NCBI GenBank assembly: GCA_043819795.1
Contig: JBDREN010000016.1
Location: 1 to 12,442 of the forward strand
DNA: 12,442 nucleotides
Direction: 5' to 3'
Source: Elusimicrobiota bacterium
Lineage (GTDB): Bacteria; Elusimicrobiota; Elusimicrobia; UBA1565
Below the pieces are notes generated by a model. The model was not told the DNA's origin. It searched no databases and saw only the letters and a program-made list of their open reading frames with translations. Positions 1 through 8,761 of this stretch are shown piece by piece; position 1 is the stretch's first letter; each line of letters starts with the position of its first letter. Position numbers and translations under genes: made by a program.

Positions 1-79
1 TCTGCGGCTCCACCTCGACTGTCTGCTCAATCCGAGCGAGAATCTCGTCCGAAAATGTCCGGCCGCCAATCGTGAACAT
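1..79 (-). CDS. 5' end of probable IS4-family transposase (DUF4338-type N-terminus); runs off the left edge
   Basis: Manual translation from ATG at 79 (- strand): MFTIGGRTFSDEILARIEQTVEVEPQ... This resembles the 'M.xGRxFSxExIxRIxxTVxxxP' start I associate with DUF4338-fused IS4-family transposases. Not in the ORF track. Only 26 codons are visible. Confidence 0.6.
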   Translation of the reverse strand, partial: MFTIGGRTFSDEILARIEQTVEVEPQ

Positions 80-138
80 GCGGGCAGTTTAAGAAAATGA
101 AGCGCTTGTGTCCAGTGAAATCTATGGGACATCCTCAG
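1..138 (-). mobile_element. Left end of probable IS4-family insertion sequence; terminal inverted repeat at about 121-138
   Basis: The - strand from 138 reads CTGAGGATGTCCCATAGA (CTGA start as in IS50-group ends). Bases 1-138 are lower in GC than the following DNA, and the transposase-like ATG lies 59 bp inside. The pgeF N-terminus is missing beyond this point. Confidence 0.55.
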
Positions 139-203
139 CCCGCGGGGGGAGAGGGAGACATCAGCCCCCTCTACGACCCGCATCCCTCCCCGCGGGGGAG
201 GGG
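139..203. repeat. REP-like GC-rich palindromic elements (one half copy at 139-156, one full copy at 184-202)
   Basis: 184-202 is CCCTCCCC-GCG-GGGGAGGG (8-bp stem). 139-156 is CCCGCGGGGGGAGAGGGA, the right part of a CCCTCTCCC..GGGAGAGGG-type palindrome cut at the IS end. Confidence 0.6.
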
Positions 204-744
204 CGCGTGCATCCTCCGTGGGGGGGCTGCTATCGTGGCCGACGGCATCATCAGCGTGGCTCCGGGCCCTTCCGTCGGCGTCTTCGTGGCCGACTGCCTG
301 CCGGTATTGCTCTGGGACGACACGGGGCGGGCCGTCGGCGCGGTTCACGCCGGCTGGCGCGGCCTCGCGGCGGGCGTGCTCCAGGCGGCCGTCGATTCCT
401 TCGACGGGATCGGCGTCGCCCCCGGGAGCCTTCGGGCGGCGGTGGGTCCGCACATCGGGCCTTGCTGTTACCGCGTCGGCCCCGAGCTGCGGCCTCTGTT
501 CCGGACAGGCAGCTTCAGCACAGGCAGCTTCAGCGAGTCGGGAGGGCTGCGCCTCGATCTCGGCGCCGAGGCGAGGTCCCGGCTGATCGAGGCGGGCGTT
601 TCCGCCGGTTGCGTCGCCGTCTCGGAGGACTGCACCGCCTGCCGCGAGGAGGATTTCTTCTCGTTCCGCCGCGACAAGATCCGAAGGAGCATGCTCGCGC
701 TGATCGCCCCTGTAGGGACGCGTCCGGGAGGCATGCGGGCATGA
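139..744 (+). pseudogene. pgeF: PgeF/YfiH (peptidoglycan editing factor, laccase-like Cu-oxidase_4 domain), 3' part, apparently interrupted by an IS
   Basis: Motifs ADG, VADCLPVLL, HAGWRG, GPHIGPCCY, CTAC and FFSFRR are present. The usual N-terminal part (including the QxH motif) is absent, and the ORF-track start at 97 lies inside the IS end. Confidence 0.8.
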
Positions 745-1871
745 ACGCCGCGCGGATGGCCCGACGCTGCCTGCGCGAGGTCACCCCGTATCTTCCGGGG
801 AAGCCGATCGCCGAGGTCCGGCGGGAGCTCGGCCTCAGGAAGGTGGTCAAACTGGCGTCGAACGAGAACTTCCTGGGGCCCTCGCCGAAGGCGCTCGCCG
901 TGCTCCGCCGGGCGGCCAAGGACGTCCACCTCTACCCGGAGGGCGCCAGCCCGCTCTTGCGCCGGGCCCTGGCCTCTCGCTACGGGGTCCGGGAGGGCCA
1001 GGTGGTCGTCGGCAACGGCTCCGATGAGGTCATCCGCATGCTTTGCGAGACGCTGCTCGAGCCCGGAGACGAGGTCGTGGTCTCCCGGTACGGCTTCATC
1101 CGGTTCAAGCAGCAGTCCATGCTGATGGGCGCGAAGGTCGTCGAAGTACCCATGTCGGGCTGGAGGCACGACCTCGAGAGGATGGGCCGGGCGGCGGGCC
1201 GCCGCACGAAGATGGTCTTCGTCGCGAGCCCCAACAACCCCACGGGTACCTATAACACGCGGGAGGAGGTCTCCCGACTCCTGGGGAGGCTGCCCTCGGA
1301 CACGCTGCTCGTCCTCGACGAGGCTTACTACGAGTACGCCGCGGGCGAGGACGGCTACCCGGAGAGCCTGCCGGGCCTGGTGAGACGCCATCCGAACGTG
1401 GTCGTCCTGCGCACGTTCTCGAAGGCCTACGGTTTGGCCGGGCTGCGCGTGGGCGTGGGGGTGGGCTCCGCGGAGCTCATCAGCTGGCTCGACCGCGTCC
1501 GCATGCCGTTCAACGTGAGCCTGCTTTCCCAGCGGGCGGCCCACGCCGCCCTGGGGGACCCGGCCTTCGTGGGGAAGAGCGTCTCTCTCAACGCGAAGAA
1601 CCGCGGCGCCTTGGCCGCCGAGCTGGGACGGCTGGGATTGATGACGTCCGCCTCCGCCGCCAATTTCCTGTTCGTGGAGAGCCCCCTGCCCGGACGCGAG
1701 CTGTTCAAGCGGCTCCTCCGGCGCGGGGTCGTCGTCCGGCCTTTGGGCGAGTACGGGCTGTCGAATCACGTCCGCATCTCGGTCGGCTCCGCCGCCGACA
1801 ACAGGTTCCTGATCTCGGCGCTGGAGAAGGTCCTACGTCCGGCGCCGAGGCCGGCCCGGAGCGCGTCATGA
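741..1871 (+). CDS. hisC: Histidinol-phosphate aminotransferase (376 aa)
   Basis: Motifs PYLPGKP, KLASNEN, YPE, GNGSDE, SPNNPTG, DEAYYE, RTFSKAYGLAGLRVG (PLP lysine), ANFLF and RISVG. ATG at 741 overlaps the pgeF stop (ATGA). The ORF-track start at 108 is a spurious extension. Confidence 0.95.
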   Translation: MNAARMARRCLREVTPYLPGKPIAEVRRELGLRKVVKLASNENFLGPSPKALAVLRRAAKDVHLYPEGASPLLRRALASRYGVREGQVVVGNGSDEVIRMLCETLLEPGDEVVVSRYGFIRFKQQSMLMGAKVVEVPMSGWRHDLERMGRAAGRRTKMVFVASPNNPTGTYNTREEVSRLLGRLPSDTLLVLDEAYYEYAAGEDGYPESLPGLVRRHPNVVVLRTFSKAYGLAGLRVGVGVGSAELISWLDRVRMPFNVSLLSQRAAHAALGDPAFVGKSVSLNAKNRGALAAELGRLGLMTSASAANFLFVESPLPGRELFKRLLRRGVVVRPLGEYGLSNHVRISVGSAADNRFLISALEKVLRPAPRPARSAS

Positions 1872-2650
1872 GTCCAGGGCGGAAATCGACGCGCACGTCG
1901 CCCGGAGCGCGGAGAGCCTCGTGCCGGCCGCCAACGCCGCCCCGGAGGGCGCGCCGCGACGGCTGGATCATCGCGATAGACGGGCCCGCGGGGGTGGGCA
2001 AGTCCACGGTCGGGACGCTCGTCGCCAGGAAGCTCGGCTACCGGTTCATCAACACCGGGGAGATGTACCGCGCCCTGACCTGGAAGGCGCTGGAGGAGGG
2101 CCTGGACCTGCGCGACGGGAGGGCGCTCACGCGTCAGGCTCTGCGCCTCGACTGGGACTTCCGGACCAACGATGACGGGGTCATCATCCGGACCTTCCTC
2201 GACGGCCAGGGGGTCACGCTGCAGATCCGGGACGAGCGCGTCAGCCGCAACTCGAGCCTCGTGGCGGGGGTGCGGGGGGTGCGCCGGCACCTGCGGGACC
2301 TGCAGCGCCGCCTGGGCGAGCGGGGGGGCATCGTCATGGAGGGACGCGACATCACGACGAACGTGTTCCCGGACGCCGATTTCAAGTTCTTTCTAGACGG
2401 TTCGGTCGCCGAGCGCGCGAAGCGGCGGACCAAGCAGCTGCGCACGCAAGGCAAGAAGGCGAGCCTCGCCAAGATCCGGGAGGGGATCATGCAGCGCGAC
2501 AATCAGGACGCGCAACGGCGCATCAACCCCTTGCGCCAGGCCAAGGACGCGGTCGTCATCGATTCCACCCGGCTGACGATGCGCGAGGTGGCCGACCGGA
2601 TCCTGGCCCACATCCGGGGAGGAGAGCGCCGCCGGGCCCGCTCGTCGTGA
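1868..2650 (+). CDS. cmk: Cytidylate kinase
   Basis: IAIDGPAGVGKST P-loop, TGEMYRA, VMEGRDITTNVFPDA, RDNQD and IDST motifs. ATGA overlap with hisC. It has an Arg/Pro-rich N-terminal extension of about 30 aa. Confidence 0.95.
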   Translation: MSPGRKSTRTSPGARRASCRPPTPPRRARRDGWIIAIDGPAGVGKSTVGTLVARKLGYRFINTGEMYRALTWKALEEGLDLRDGRALTRQALRLDWDFRTNDDGVIIRTFLDGQGVTLQIRDERVSRNSSLVAGVRGVRRHLRDLQRRLGERGGIVMEGRDITTNVFPDADFKFFLDGSVAERAKRRTKQLRTQGKKASLAKIREGIMQRDNQDAQRRINPLRQAKDAVVIDSTRLTMREVADRILAHIRGGERRRARSS

Positions 2651-3267
2651 GCGCCCCGGAGCCGGTATGGGACTATCGCATCCCCGTATGGACCATCCGG
2701 GCCGTCCTGGGAGCCATGCGCGGGATGGCGCGGGAGGGGATCGAGAACCTGCCGCGCCGCGGCCCGCTGATCGTGGCGGCGAACCACGTCTCGGTAATGG
2801 ATCCGCCGCTCATCGGGGTCGTGGTCAACGAGGTGCGGTATCCGCATTTCGTCGGCAAGGAGGAGCTGTTTCGGACCCCGGTCTTCGGCGACCTGCTGCG
2901 GCGCTGGGGAGTGATCCCGCTCGGCCGCGGACGCGGGGATGTGAGGGCCGTCCGGGGAGCGCTCGGGGTGCTGAAGGCCGAGGGCTGCATGGTAGTGTTC
3001 CCGGAGGGGACGCGCTCCCGGACCGGACTTCCGGGCCGGCCCAAGCCCGGGATCGGGCTCCTGGCGCGCGAGTCGGGGGCCTTGGTGGTGCCGGCTCGCG
3101 TCCTGAACACCGAGCGCTGGTTCCGCCGCGGGCGCCTGACGGTGCGATTCGGAGCGCCGCTGCGCTACGAGGCCGCGTCGCCGGGCGGCGGCGAGACGGC
3201 GGACGGCGGACGGCGGGCCGACCGGCGGTTCGCCCAGAAGGTGATGGAGGAGATTTTGAGACTTTGA
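2647..3267 (+). CDS. plsC: 1-acyl-sn-glycerol-3-phosphate acyltransferase (PlsC family)
   Basis: NHVSVMD (HX4D) and FPEGTRS motifs. GTG start overlaps the cmk stop (GTGA). Typical cmk-plsC-rpsA gene order. Confidence 0.92.
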   Translation: MSAPEPVWDYRIPVWTIRAVLGAMRGMAREGIENLPRRGPLIVAANHVSVMDPPLIGVVVNEVRYPHFVGKEELFRTPVFGDLLRRWGVIPLGRGRGDVRAVRGALGVLKAEGCMVVFPEGTRSRTGLPGRPKPGIGLLARESGALVVPARVLNTERWFRRGRLTVRFGAPLRYEAASPGGGETADGGRRADRRFAQKVMEEILRL

Positions 3268-3356
3268 GCAGCGAGCCTTGCCCCGGAGACGCCGGGGCGG
3301 GGCATGGCGCCGCGTCCATCCGGGCATCGGGCGGCGGCGCGAGAGAGGAGAGTATC

Positions 3357-4583
3357 ATGACGACCCACTTCGAAGAGATCGACGGGCAACAGGCGTCCGC
3401 GGCTTCCGCGGCGGAGCCCGAAGAGCAGACGATGGAGAGCTTGCTCAACGAGCAGTCCGAGTACCAGGACAAGCTCAAGAGCCGGGAAGTGGTGTGGGTG
3501 AAGATCGTCCAGATCGGCAAGGAGCAGATCCTCGTCGACATCGGCGAGAAGAGCGAGGCGGTCATCCCCGCCTCCGAGTTCCCCGAAGGCCAGGCTCCGG
3601 AGCCCGGACGCCGGATCCCGGCCGTCCTGGTCAGCCGCGGGCGGGGCGACCACCCCACGATGATGTCCACCGAGAAGGCCCGTTGGCGCATGGGGTGGGA
3701 CGTGGTCGCCAAGGCTTTCGAGGAGAAGGTCCGAGTGAAGGGGAAGGTGACCTCCGCGATCAGGGGGGGCTTCCTGGTGGACGTCAACGGCGTGACCGGA
3801 TTCATGCCCGCCTCCCAATCGGACCTGCGCCCCGTGCGCAAGCCCGACGCGATGGTCGGCACGGGGGTGCGCTGCTACGTCATCGAGCTCAATAAGGACA
3901 AGTCGCAGGTCATCCTCTCCCGCCGAGCCGTGCTGGAGGAGGACTCGCGCCAGCGCCGGGAGAAGCTGCTGTCCGATCTGAAGGTCGGCAGCGTCCGCAT
4001 CGGGCGCGTCATGAGGGTCAACGAGCACGGCGTGTTCATCGATATCGGCGGCATCGACGGGCTCGTCCGCAACGAGGACGTGGCCTGGAAGGAGCCCGAG
4101 CAGGCCAAGGGGAAGCTCTCCCGCGGGCAGAAGCTGCGCGTGCGCGTGCTGAAGATCGATCAAGACGAGGCCAAGGTCGTGCTCGGCTTCAAGCAGCTGA
4201 CGCCCCACCCGGCCGACGCGTTGCGGCGCAGGTATCCGGTCAAGTCGGTGGTTACGGGGAAGGTCTCCGAGATCCTCAAGGAGGGCGTGCGCATCAAGCT
4301 GAGCAGGGGGGATACGGCGTACTGCCCGGCCCGCGAGCTGCAGGTCGAGGGGGGCGACCCCACCCAAGGGCGCGCCGACCGGCGCGTGGAGCTTCCTCCG
4401 CTTTGGCCCGCCGAGGGCGAGAGCGTCTCGGGGATCGTCACGGGCATCCAGCAGGCGACCTTCGAGGTGTCCGTCTCGATCCGGCGCTACGAGTCCATCC
4501 AGGAGCGCAAGCGGGTCGCGCGCTACCTGAAGGGATCGCCGCCGCTGACTTTGGGGGATCTGCTCAACCCGGAAGGAGGCTGA
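3357..4583 (+). CDS. rpsA: Ribosomal protein bS1-like, about 4 S1 domains (408 aa)
   Basis: GAGGAG RBS before ATG 3357. S1 repeats VDIGEKSEAVIP, GGFLVDVNGVTGFMPASQSD, HGVFIDIGGIDGLV and a degenerate fourth repeat. C-terminal TLGDLL tail typical of bS1. The ORF-track start at 2667 is spurious. Confidence 0.85.
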   Translation: MTTHFEEIDGQQASAASAAEPEEQTMESLLNEQSEYQDKLKSREVVWVKIVQIGKEQILVDIGEKSEAVIPASEFPEGQAPEPGRRIPAVLVSRGRGDHPTMMSTEKARWRMGWDVVAKAFEEKVRVKGKVTSAIRGGFLVDVNGVTGFMPASQSDLRPVRKPDAMVGTGVRCYVIELNKDKSQVILSRRAVLEEDSRQRREKLLSDLKVGSVRIGRVMRVNEHGVFIDIGGIDGLVRNEDVAWKEPEQAKGKLSRGQKLRVRVLKIDQDEAKVVLGFKQLTPHPADALRRRYPVKSVVTGKVSEILKEGVRIKLSRGDTAYCPARELQVEGGDPTQGRADRRVELPPLWPAEGESVSGIVTGIQQATFEVSVSIRRYESIQERKRVARYLKGSPPLTLGDLLNPEGG

Positions 4584-4614
4584 GGGCGGACGTTCCGGCA
4601 AAGGCTGGCGGGCC

Positions 4615-7479
4615 ATGTCCCCGTTCCATGGGCCATTCCTGCCGTCGTCGCGCGCGGCGATCAAGTCGGCCGCGCTGAGCGCGTGCCTGGCGCTGGCCCT
4701 CCCCGCGACGGGACCGGCCCAGGGCTTCGGGAGAAACCAGGTCCGGGTCCGGGGTTTCGACTGGAAGGTCGCGTCCACCGATCATTTCGACATCCACTAC
4801 TATGAGGGCTCCGAGGCGCTCGTCCCGTTCACGGCCCGGGTCCTCGAGCGCTCCTATTCCCGCCTGAGCCGGGACCTCGACGCCGGCTTCGAGGAGCGCC
4901 GTCCGTTCTTCCTCTACGCGAACGTCAACGACATGCAGCAATCGAACATCGCCGTGGTCGGCGACGGGACCGGCGGCGTGACCGAGGCGTTCAAGGACCG
5001 GTTCATGGTCTTCAACGACGGGAGCCGGCAGTGGCTCGACACCGTCATCACCCACGAGCTGACGCACGTCTTTCAGTTCAGGATACTCATCTCCGGCTTC
5101 TGGAAATCGGCGCGCATCCTGAAGACCATCGTCTACCCCCTGTGGATGATGGAGGGCATGGCGGAGTTCTACTCGTGGGGCCTCGACGACGCGGCGGGCG
5201 AGGTGGTCATGCGCGACGCCGCCACCTCGGGCGGCCTGATCCCGCTCTGGAAGCTCCAGCACTTCAACCACCTGAAGCAGCACCAGGTCAGGCTCGGATA
5301 CGAGAGCGGGGCGACGGTCCTCGAGTTCCTCGAGACCGAGTACGGCTCCGGCACGGTCGCGAAGATGATCAAGCTCTTCGAGTCCCGCTTCGAGTCGACC
5401 GCCGTCCTAGGCGAGCTCATCGGCCTCGACATCTTCGGTCTGGACAGGAAGTGGCAGGAGTACCTTAAGGAGAAGTACCGCCGGGTCGTCTGGCGGCACC
5501 ACCTGCTGGAGCCGGAGGCCTACGGCAAGGCCCTGACCGAGGGGCCGGCGAAGTTCCCGGAGTTCAACACCTCCCCGGTGTTCACGCCCGACGGCAAGAA
5601 GATGGCCTACTTCACCACGCGCTTCGGGTTCCCTCCCACGCTCATGCTCCAGGACCTCGAGACCGAGAAGGCGCGCAAGCTCGTTTTCCACGACATGGAG
5701 ATCGAGACCGTTCACCTTGGGAACTTCACCAACAAGTCCCGCGTGCTGGCCATCTCCGCGGACGGCCGCACCCTCGCGTTCTCCGGGACCAAGAACCACC
5801 TGGATTCGCTGTTCCTCTACGACCTCGAGACCGACCAACTCCGCCGGGTCCCGGTGGGGGGCTTCATGCGCGTGGGGCAGCCCGCCTTCTCGCCGGACGG
5901 GCGGACGATCGCCTTCTCGGGCATGAAGGGGAGCCTGACCGACATCTACCTGCTGGACCTGGAGACCAGCGAGGTGCGCCGGCTGACCGACGATCCCCAG
6001 GACGACCAGACGCCGAACTTCTCTCCGGACGGGGAGTCCGTAGTTTACAGCTCGGAGATCGAGGTTCCGGGCGATCCGATGCTTTATCAGCGGCGCCTCT
6101 ACCGTGTGCGCCTGAGCGACGGCTCGAGGGAACGCCTGCTGGACCTCCCCGGCGCGGCGCGCGACCCGGTCCATTCCGCCGACGGCAAGCGGCTGCTCTT
6201 CTCGCTCGAGGCTGACGCCTTCTACGAGGTCTACGAGCTGGACCTGGAGACCCGGCAGGCCTACCGGATGACCCGGTCCGCGGGGGCGGCCTACACGCCG
6301 GCCTACACACCCTCCGGCGAGATCGCCTTCGCGGGCTATCGCAAGAACAGCATCCACATCTACAGCGGCGAGCGCAAGCGCTTCCTGGCCGAGAAGACGG
6401 GCGAGGGGATCGACCCGGCCGAGGAGGCGGCCCCGCGGATCGTGGCGGCCGCGCCCCCGCCGGCGATGAAGCCGGAGCGGAAGGCCCGCTCCCCGTTCAC
6501 GACCGACCTGTTCCTGCCGGCGTTCTTTTACTCCTCGAACGGCGGGCTCTTCTGGACGAGCTATTGGCAGGGCTCGGACCTGCTCGGCAACCATCAGGGG
6601 CTGGCGTTCGTGAGCTACGCCTCGGGGCCCGGATTCCTCGACTATCAGAGCATGTACGGCTACAACCGCTTCCGGACGACGTTCCAGGGGGGGGTGATCG
6701 GCCGCGTCCGGGAGGACATCCTGGACGAGAGCTCGGGGCTCACGCTCGACGAGTCCGCCCACCTGCAGTTCGCGCGGGCCCTCTATCCGCTCGACCGCTT
6801 CCACCGCTTCGAGCTGGGGCTCACCTCGGTGAGCGACCAGCGCGAGTACCAGGAGACCATCCAGCTGTTCCACGGGGAGGCGCGCATGGCGAGCCTCACA
6901 TTCGTGCGCGACGCGGTCCGGGGACCCTACGGCTCCCGGCTCCGGCTCGGCTATCTCGTGGCGCCGGAGCTCCTGGGAGGGGAGTTCCGGCAGCAGGCGG
7001 TCTTCGGCGAGGCGCACAAGTACTTCCGCACCGGCAAGCTCGGGAAGCTCGTATTCCGGGGGCTCGGCATCCGCCAGTGGGGCAGGGACGCGCTGCAGTT
7101 CATCCTGGGCGGCATCGGCGGGGTGAGGGGCTACGGGCGCAGCACCGTCCGCGACTGGGGGGCGCGGGGGGTCATCACCAGCGCGGAGTGGCGGCTGCCG
7201 GTGATCCCCGACATGGACTACTACATGTGGTACATCTTCCCGGATTTCTACTTCAAGGCCGTGTCCATGGCGTTCTTCACCGACGCGGGCTACGTGTGGG
7301 ACACGCGGGGCCAGCTCACGAGCGCCCAATGGCACGATGTCCGGCACTCCTACGGCGTCGGCCTGCGCCTGCACACGTTCATTATGCAGCTGTTCCCGCT
7401 CGTGCTGCACTTCGACTACGCCTGGCGCACCACTTCGAAGGGGGAGGTGTTCTACGTCTACCTCGGCCCTCTGTTCTGA
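4615..7479 (+). CDS. Omp85-family outer-membrane protein with N-terminal zinc-metallopeptidase-like domain and TolB-like (PD40) beta-propeller
   Basis: Signal peptide ending about PA-QGFGRNQV. HELTH plus PLWMMEGMAE (gluzincin-type). Repeated P.FSPDG propeller blades. Barrel region with GGVRGY (Omp85 loop-6 VRGY/F motif) and a terminal Phe. The exact start codon is uncertain. Confidence 0.85.
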   Translation: MSPFHGPFLPSSRAAIKSAALSACLALALPATGPAQGFGRNQVRVRGFDWKVASTDHFDIHYYEGSEALVPFTARVLERSYSRLSRDLDAGFEERRPFFLYANVNDMQQSNIAVVGDGTGGVTEAFKDRFMVFNDGSRQWLDTVITHELTHVFQFRILISGFWKSARILKTIVYPLWMMEGMAEFYSWGLDDAAGEVVMRDAATSGGLIPLWKLQHFNHLKQHQVRLGYESGATVLEFLETEYGSGTVAKMIKLFESRFESTAVLGELIGLDIFGLDRKWQEYLKEKYRRVVWRHHLLEPEAYGKALTEGPAKFPEFNTSPVFTPDGKKMAYFTTRFGFPPTLMLQDLETEKARKLVFHDMEIETVHLGNFTNKSRVLAISADGRTLAFSGTKNHLDSLFLYDLETDQLRRVPVGGFMRVGQPAFSPDGRTIAFSGMKGSLTDIYLLDLETSEVRRLTDDPQDDQTPNFSPDGESVVYSSEIEVPGDPMLYQRRLYRVRLSDGSRERLLDLPGAARDPVHSADGKRLLFSLEADAFYEVYELDLETRQAYRMTRSAGAAYTPAYTPSGEIAFAGYRKNSIHIYSGERKRFLAEKTGEGIDPAEEAAPRIVAAAPPPAMKPERKARSPFTTDLFLPAFFYSSNGGLFWTSYWQGSDLLGNHQGLAFVSYASGPGFLDYQSMYGYNRFRTTFQGGVIGRVREDILDESSGLTLDESAHLQFARALYPLDRFHRFELGLTSVSDQREYQETIQLFHGEARMASLTFVRDAVRGPYGSRLRLGYLVAPELLGGEFRQQAVFGEAHKYFRTGKLGKLVFRGLGIRQWGRDALQFILGGIGGVRGYGRSTVRDWGARGVITSAEWRLPVIPDMDYYMWYIFPDFYFKAVSMAFFTDAGYVWDTRGQLTSAQWHDVRHSYGVGLRLHTFIMQLFPLVLHFDYAWRTTSKGEVFYVYLGPLF

Positions 7480-7489
7480 CCAATAGCCC

Positions 7490-8344
7490 ATGAAACACGA
7501 GCCCGTCTCGTCGGAGACGTATTCGGAGGAGTACTTCCTCGAGTCCTGCGGGGGCGTCGAGTTCTTCCGCCTCTACGGACCGAAGGTGCCCAAGCCCACC
7601 ATGACGCACGCGCTCAAGAGGGCCGCCCTCCGCCCCGGCCTCCGGGTGCTCGACATCGGCTGCGGCAGGGGGGAGATCCTCTACCAGGCGCGGGCCGCCG
7701 GGGCCCTGCCGGTGGGGACGGACTACGCCGAGGCGGCCCTGCGGGTGGCGGCGAAGACCTCGGGATGCCCGGTCGCTCTGTGCGACGCCAAGGCCCTGCC
7801 GTTCCGTTCGGGCCTCTTCGACCGGATATTCTTCATCGGGATCATCGACCATCTTCATGACTGGGAGCTCGAGCGGTGCTTCGCGGATATGGCGCGGGTG
7901 CTGCGCCCGGACGGGTTCGTCATCATCCACACGTGCACGAACCGCCACTATTTCAAGACTTTGACCTACGGACTGCGCCGGCGCCTGGCGCGCCTGGGAC
8001 GCGCCGTGGGATTGCCCGCGCGCGATCCCAGGCCCCCGCGGACCGGGGAAGACGAGGTCATGCACATCAACGAGCATTCGGCCGGCGATCTGGCGAGGTT
8101 CTTCGGCGGCATCGGATGGCGGGCCGACGTCGAGCCGGTGCCGAACTACAAGTTCCTCCTGACGCGGCTCTACGGGCGGCAGCTGCCGGAGGGGTTCCCG
8201 CTGCGCCCCATGGCGGCCTGGAGATCGGCCCTTTACATGGGACTGCTGTTCCGTTTCCCTCTGGACCGCATCCTGGCGCGCGAGTTCCTCGTCGTCGCCC
8301 GGCCTCCGGCCCGGGAGACCCCCACCGGCGGGGGGAGACCATGA
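7490..8344 (+). CDS. Class I SAM-dependent methyltransferase
   Basis: VLDIGCGRGE motif I, CDAKALPFRSGLFD motif II, IIDHL and RVLRPDG. Confidence 0.9.
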   Translation: MKHEPVSSETYSEEYFLESCGGVEFFRLYGPKVPKPTMTHALKRAALRPGLRVLDIGCGRGEILYQARAAGALPVGTDYAEAALRVAAKTSGCPVALCDAKALPFRSGLFDRIFFIGIIDHLHDWELERCFADMARVLRPDGFVIIHTCTNRHYFKTLTYGLRRRLARLGRAVGLPARDPRPPRTGEDEVMHINEHSAGDLARFFGGIGWRADVEPVPNYKFLLTRLYGRQLPEGFPLRPMAAWRSALYMGLLFRFPLDRILAREFLVVARPPARETPTGGGRP

Positions 8345-8388
8345 TGCGAGACGTCTCGAGACCATCTTGGAAGCGTCCCCAAGACGCT

Positions 8389-8417
8389 TTGACAGGGGCG
8401 GGAACGCGTACTATAAT
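8389..8417 (+). promoter_or_regulatory. Perfect sigma70 promoter, likely giving a leaderless transcript
   Basis: TTGACA (8389-8394), 17-bp spacer, TATAAT (8412-8417). ATG at 8426 is only 8 nt downstream and has no Shine-Dalgarno. Confidence 0.9.
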
Positions 8418-8425
8418 GCTGCGCG

Positions 8426-8761
8426 ATGGGTAAAAGGCACAGGAAGAGGGCCGCGGAAAAGGCGCGGGAGCGGAAAGGGGGGGAGGGGAAGCCTCTCTCC
8501 GAGGAGACGATCACGTCGCGGGGAAAGAAGACGATCGCGGCGGGGATCGCGCTGCTCGTCGTGGGCTTCTTTGTCCTGACCCTCACCGATCCCGAGGGAC
8601 GCAACTGGGCTTCGCAGCTCTCGCCGCTCTTGATCCTCGGCGCCTATGCCGTCATCGCCGTGGGGATCTTCCTTCCCGAGTCCGATGCCGTCGCCCCCGA
8701 CGTCGCGGAGCTGGCCGCCGAGGCGAAGGGCGACGACGTTTCCGCGCCTCCCGAACCTTAA
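8426..8761 (+). CDS. Small two-TM membrane protein (DUF3098-like)
   Basis: Basic N-terminus, two hydrophobic segments (IAAGIALLVVGFFVLTL; LSPLLILGAYAVIAVGIFL) and an acidic tail. It has its own promoter. The DUF3098 resemblance is from memory of the 'P.L...GY.VI' second helix. Confidence 0.8.
   Translation: MGKRHRKRAAEKARERKGGEGKPLSEETITSRGKKTIAAGIALLVVGFFVLTLTDPEGRNWASQLSPLLILGAYAVIAVGIFLPESDAVAPDVAELAAEAKGDDVSAPPEP

Noticed and set aside
108..740. Long N-terminal extension of HisC in the ORF track (587 aa)
   Set aside because: Arg/Gly-rich off-frame read-through of pgeF. The real start is the ATG at 741 overlapping the pgeF stop.
2667..3356. N-terminal extension of rpsA (638-aa ORF)
   Set aside because: It overlaps plsC in another frame, and there is a clear RBS plus ATG at 3357.
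468..8365. Long antisense ORFs (468-1769, 3165-4778, 5407-7491, 7382-8365) and other overlapping frames
   Set aside because: Shadow ORFs expected in high-GC coding DNA, with no recognisable motifs.
8341..8433. 30-codon ORF overlapping the methyltransferase stop, and nearby palindrome CGAGACGTCTCG (8347-8358)
   Set aside because: The ORF runs through the promoter and has no coding features. The palindrome is a single copy with no other support.
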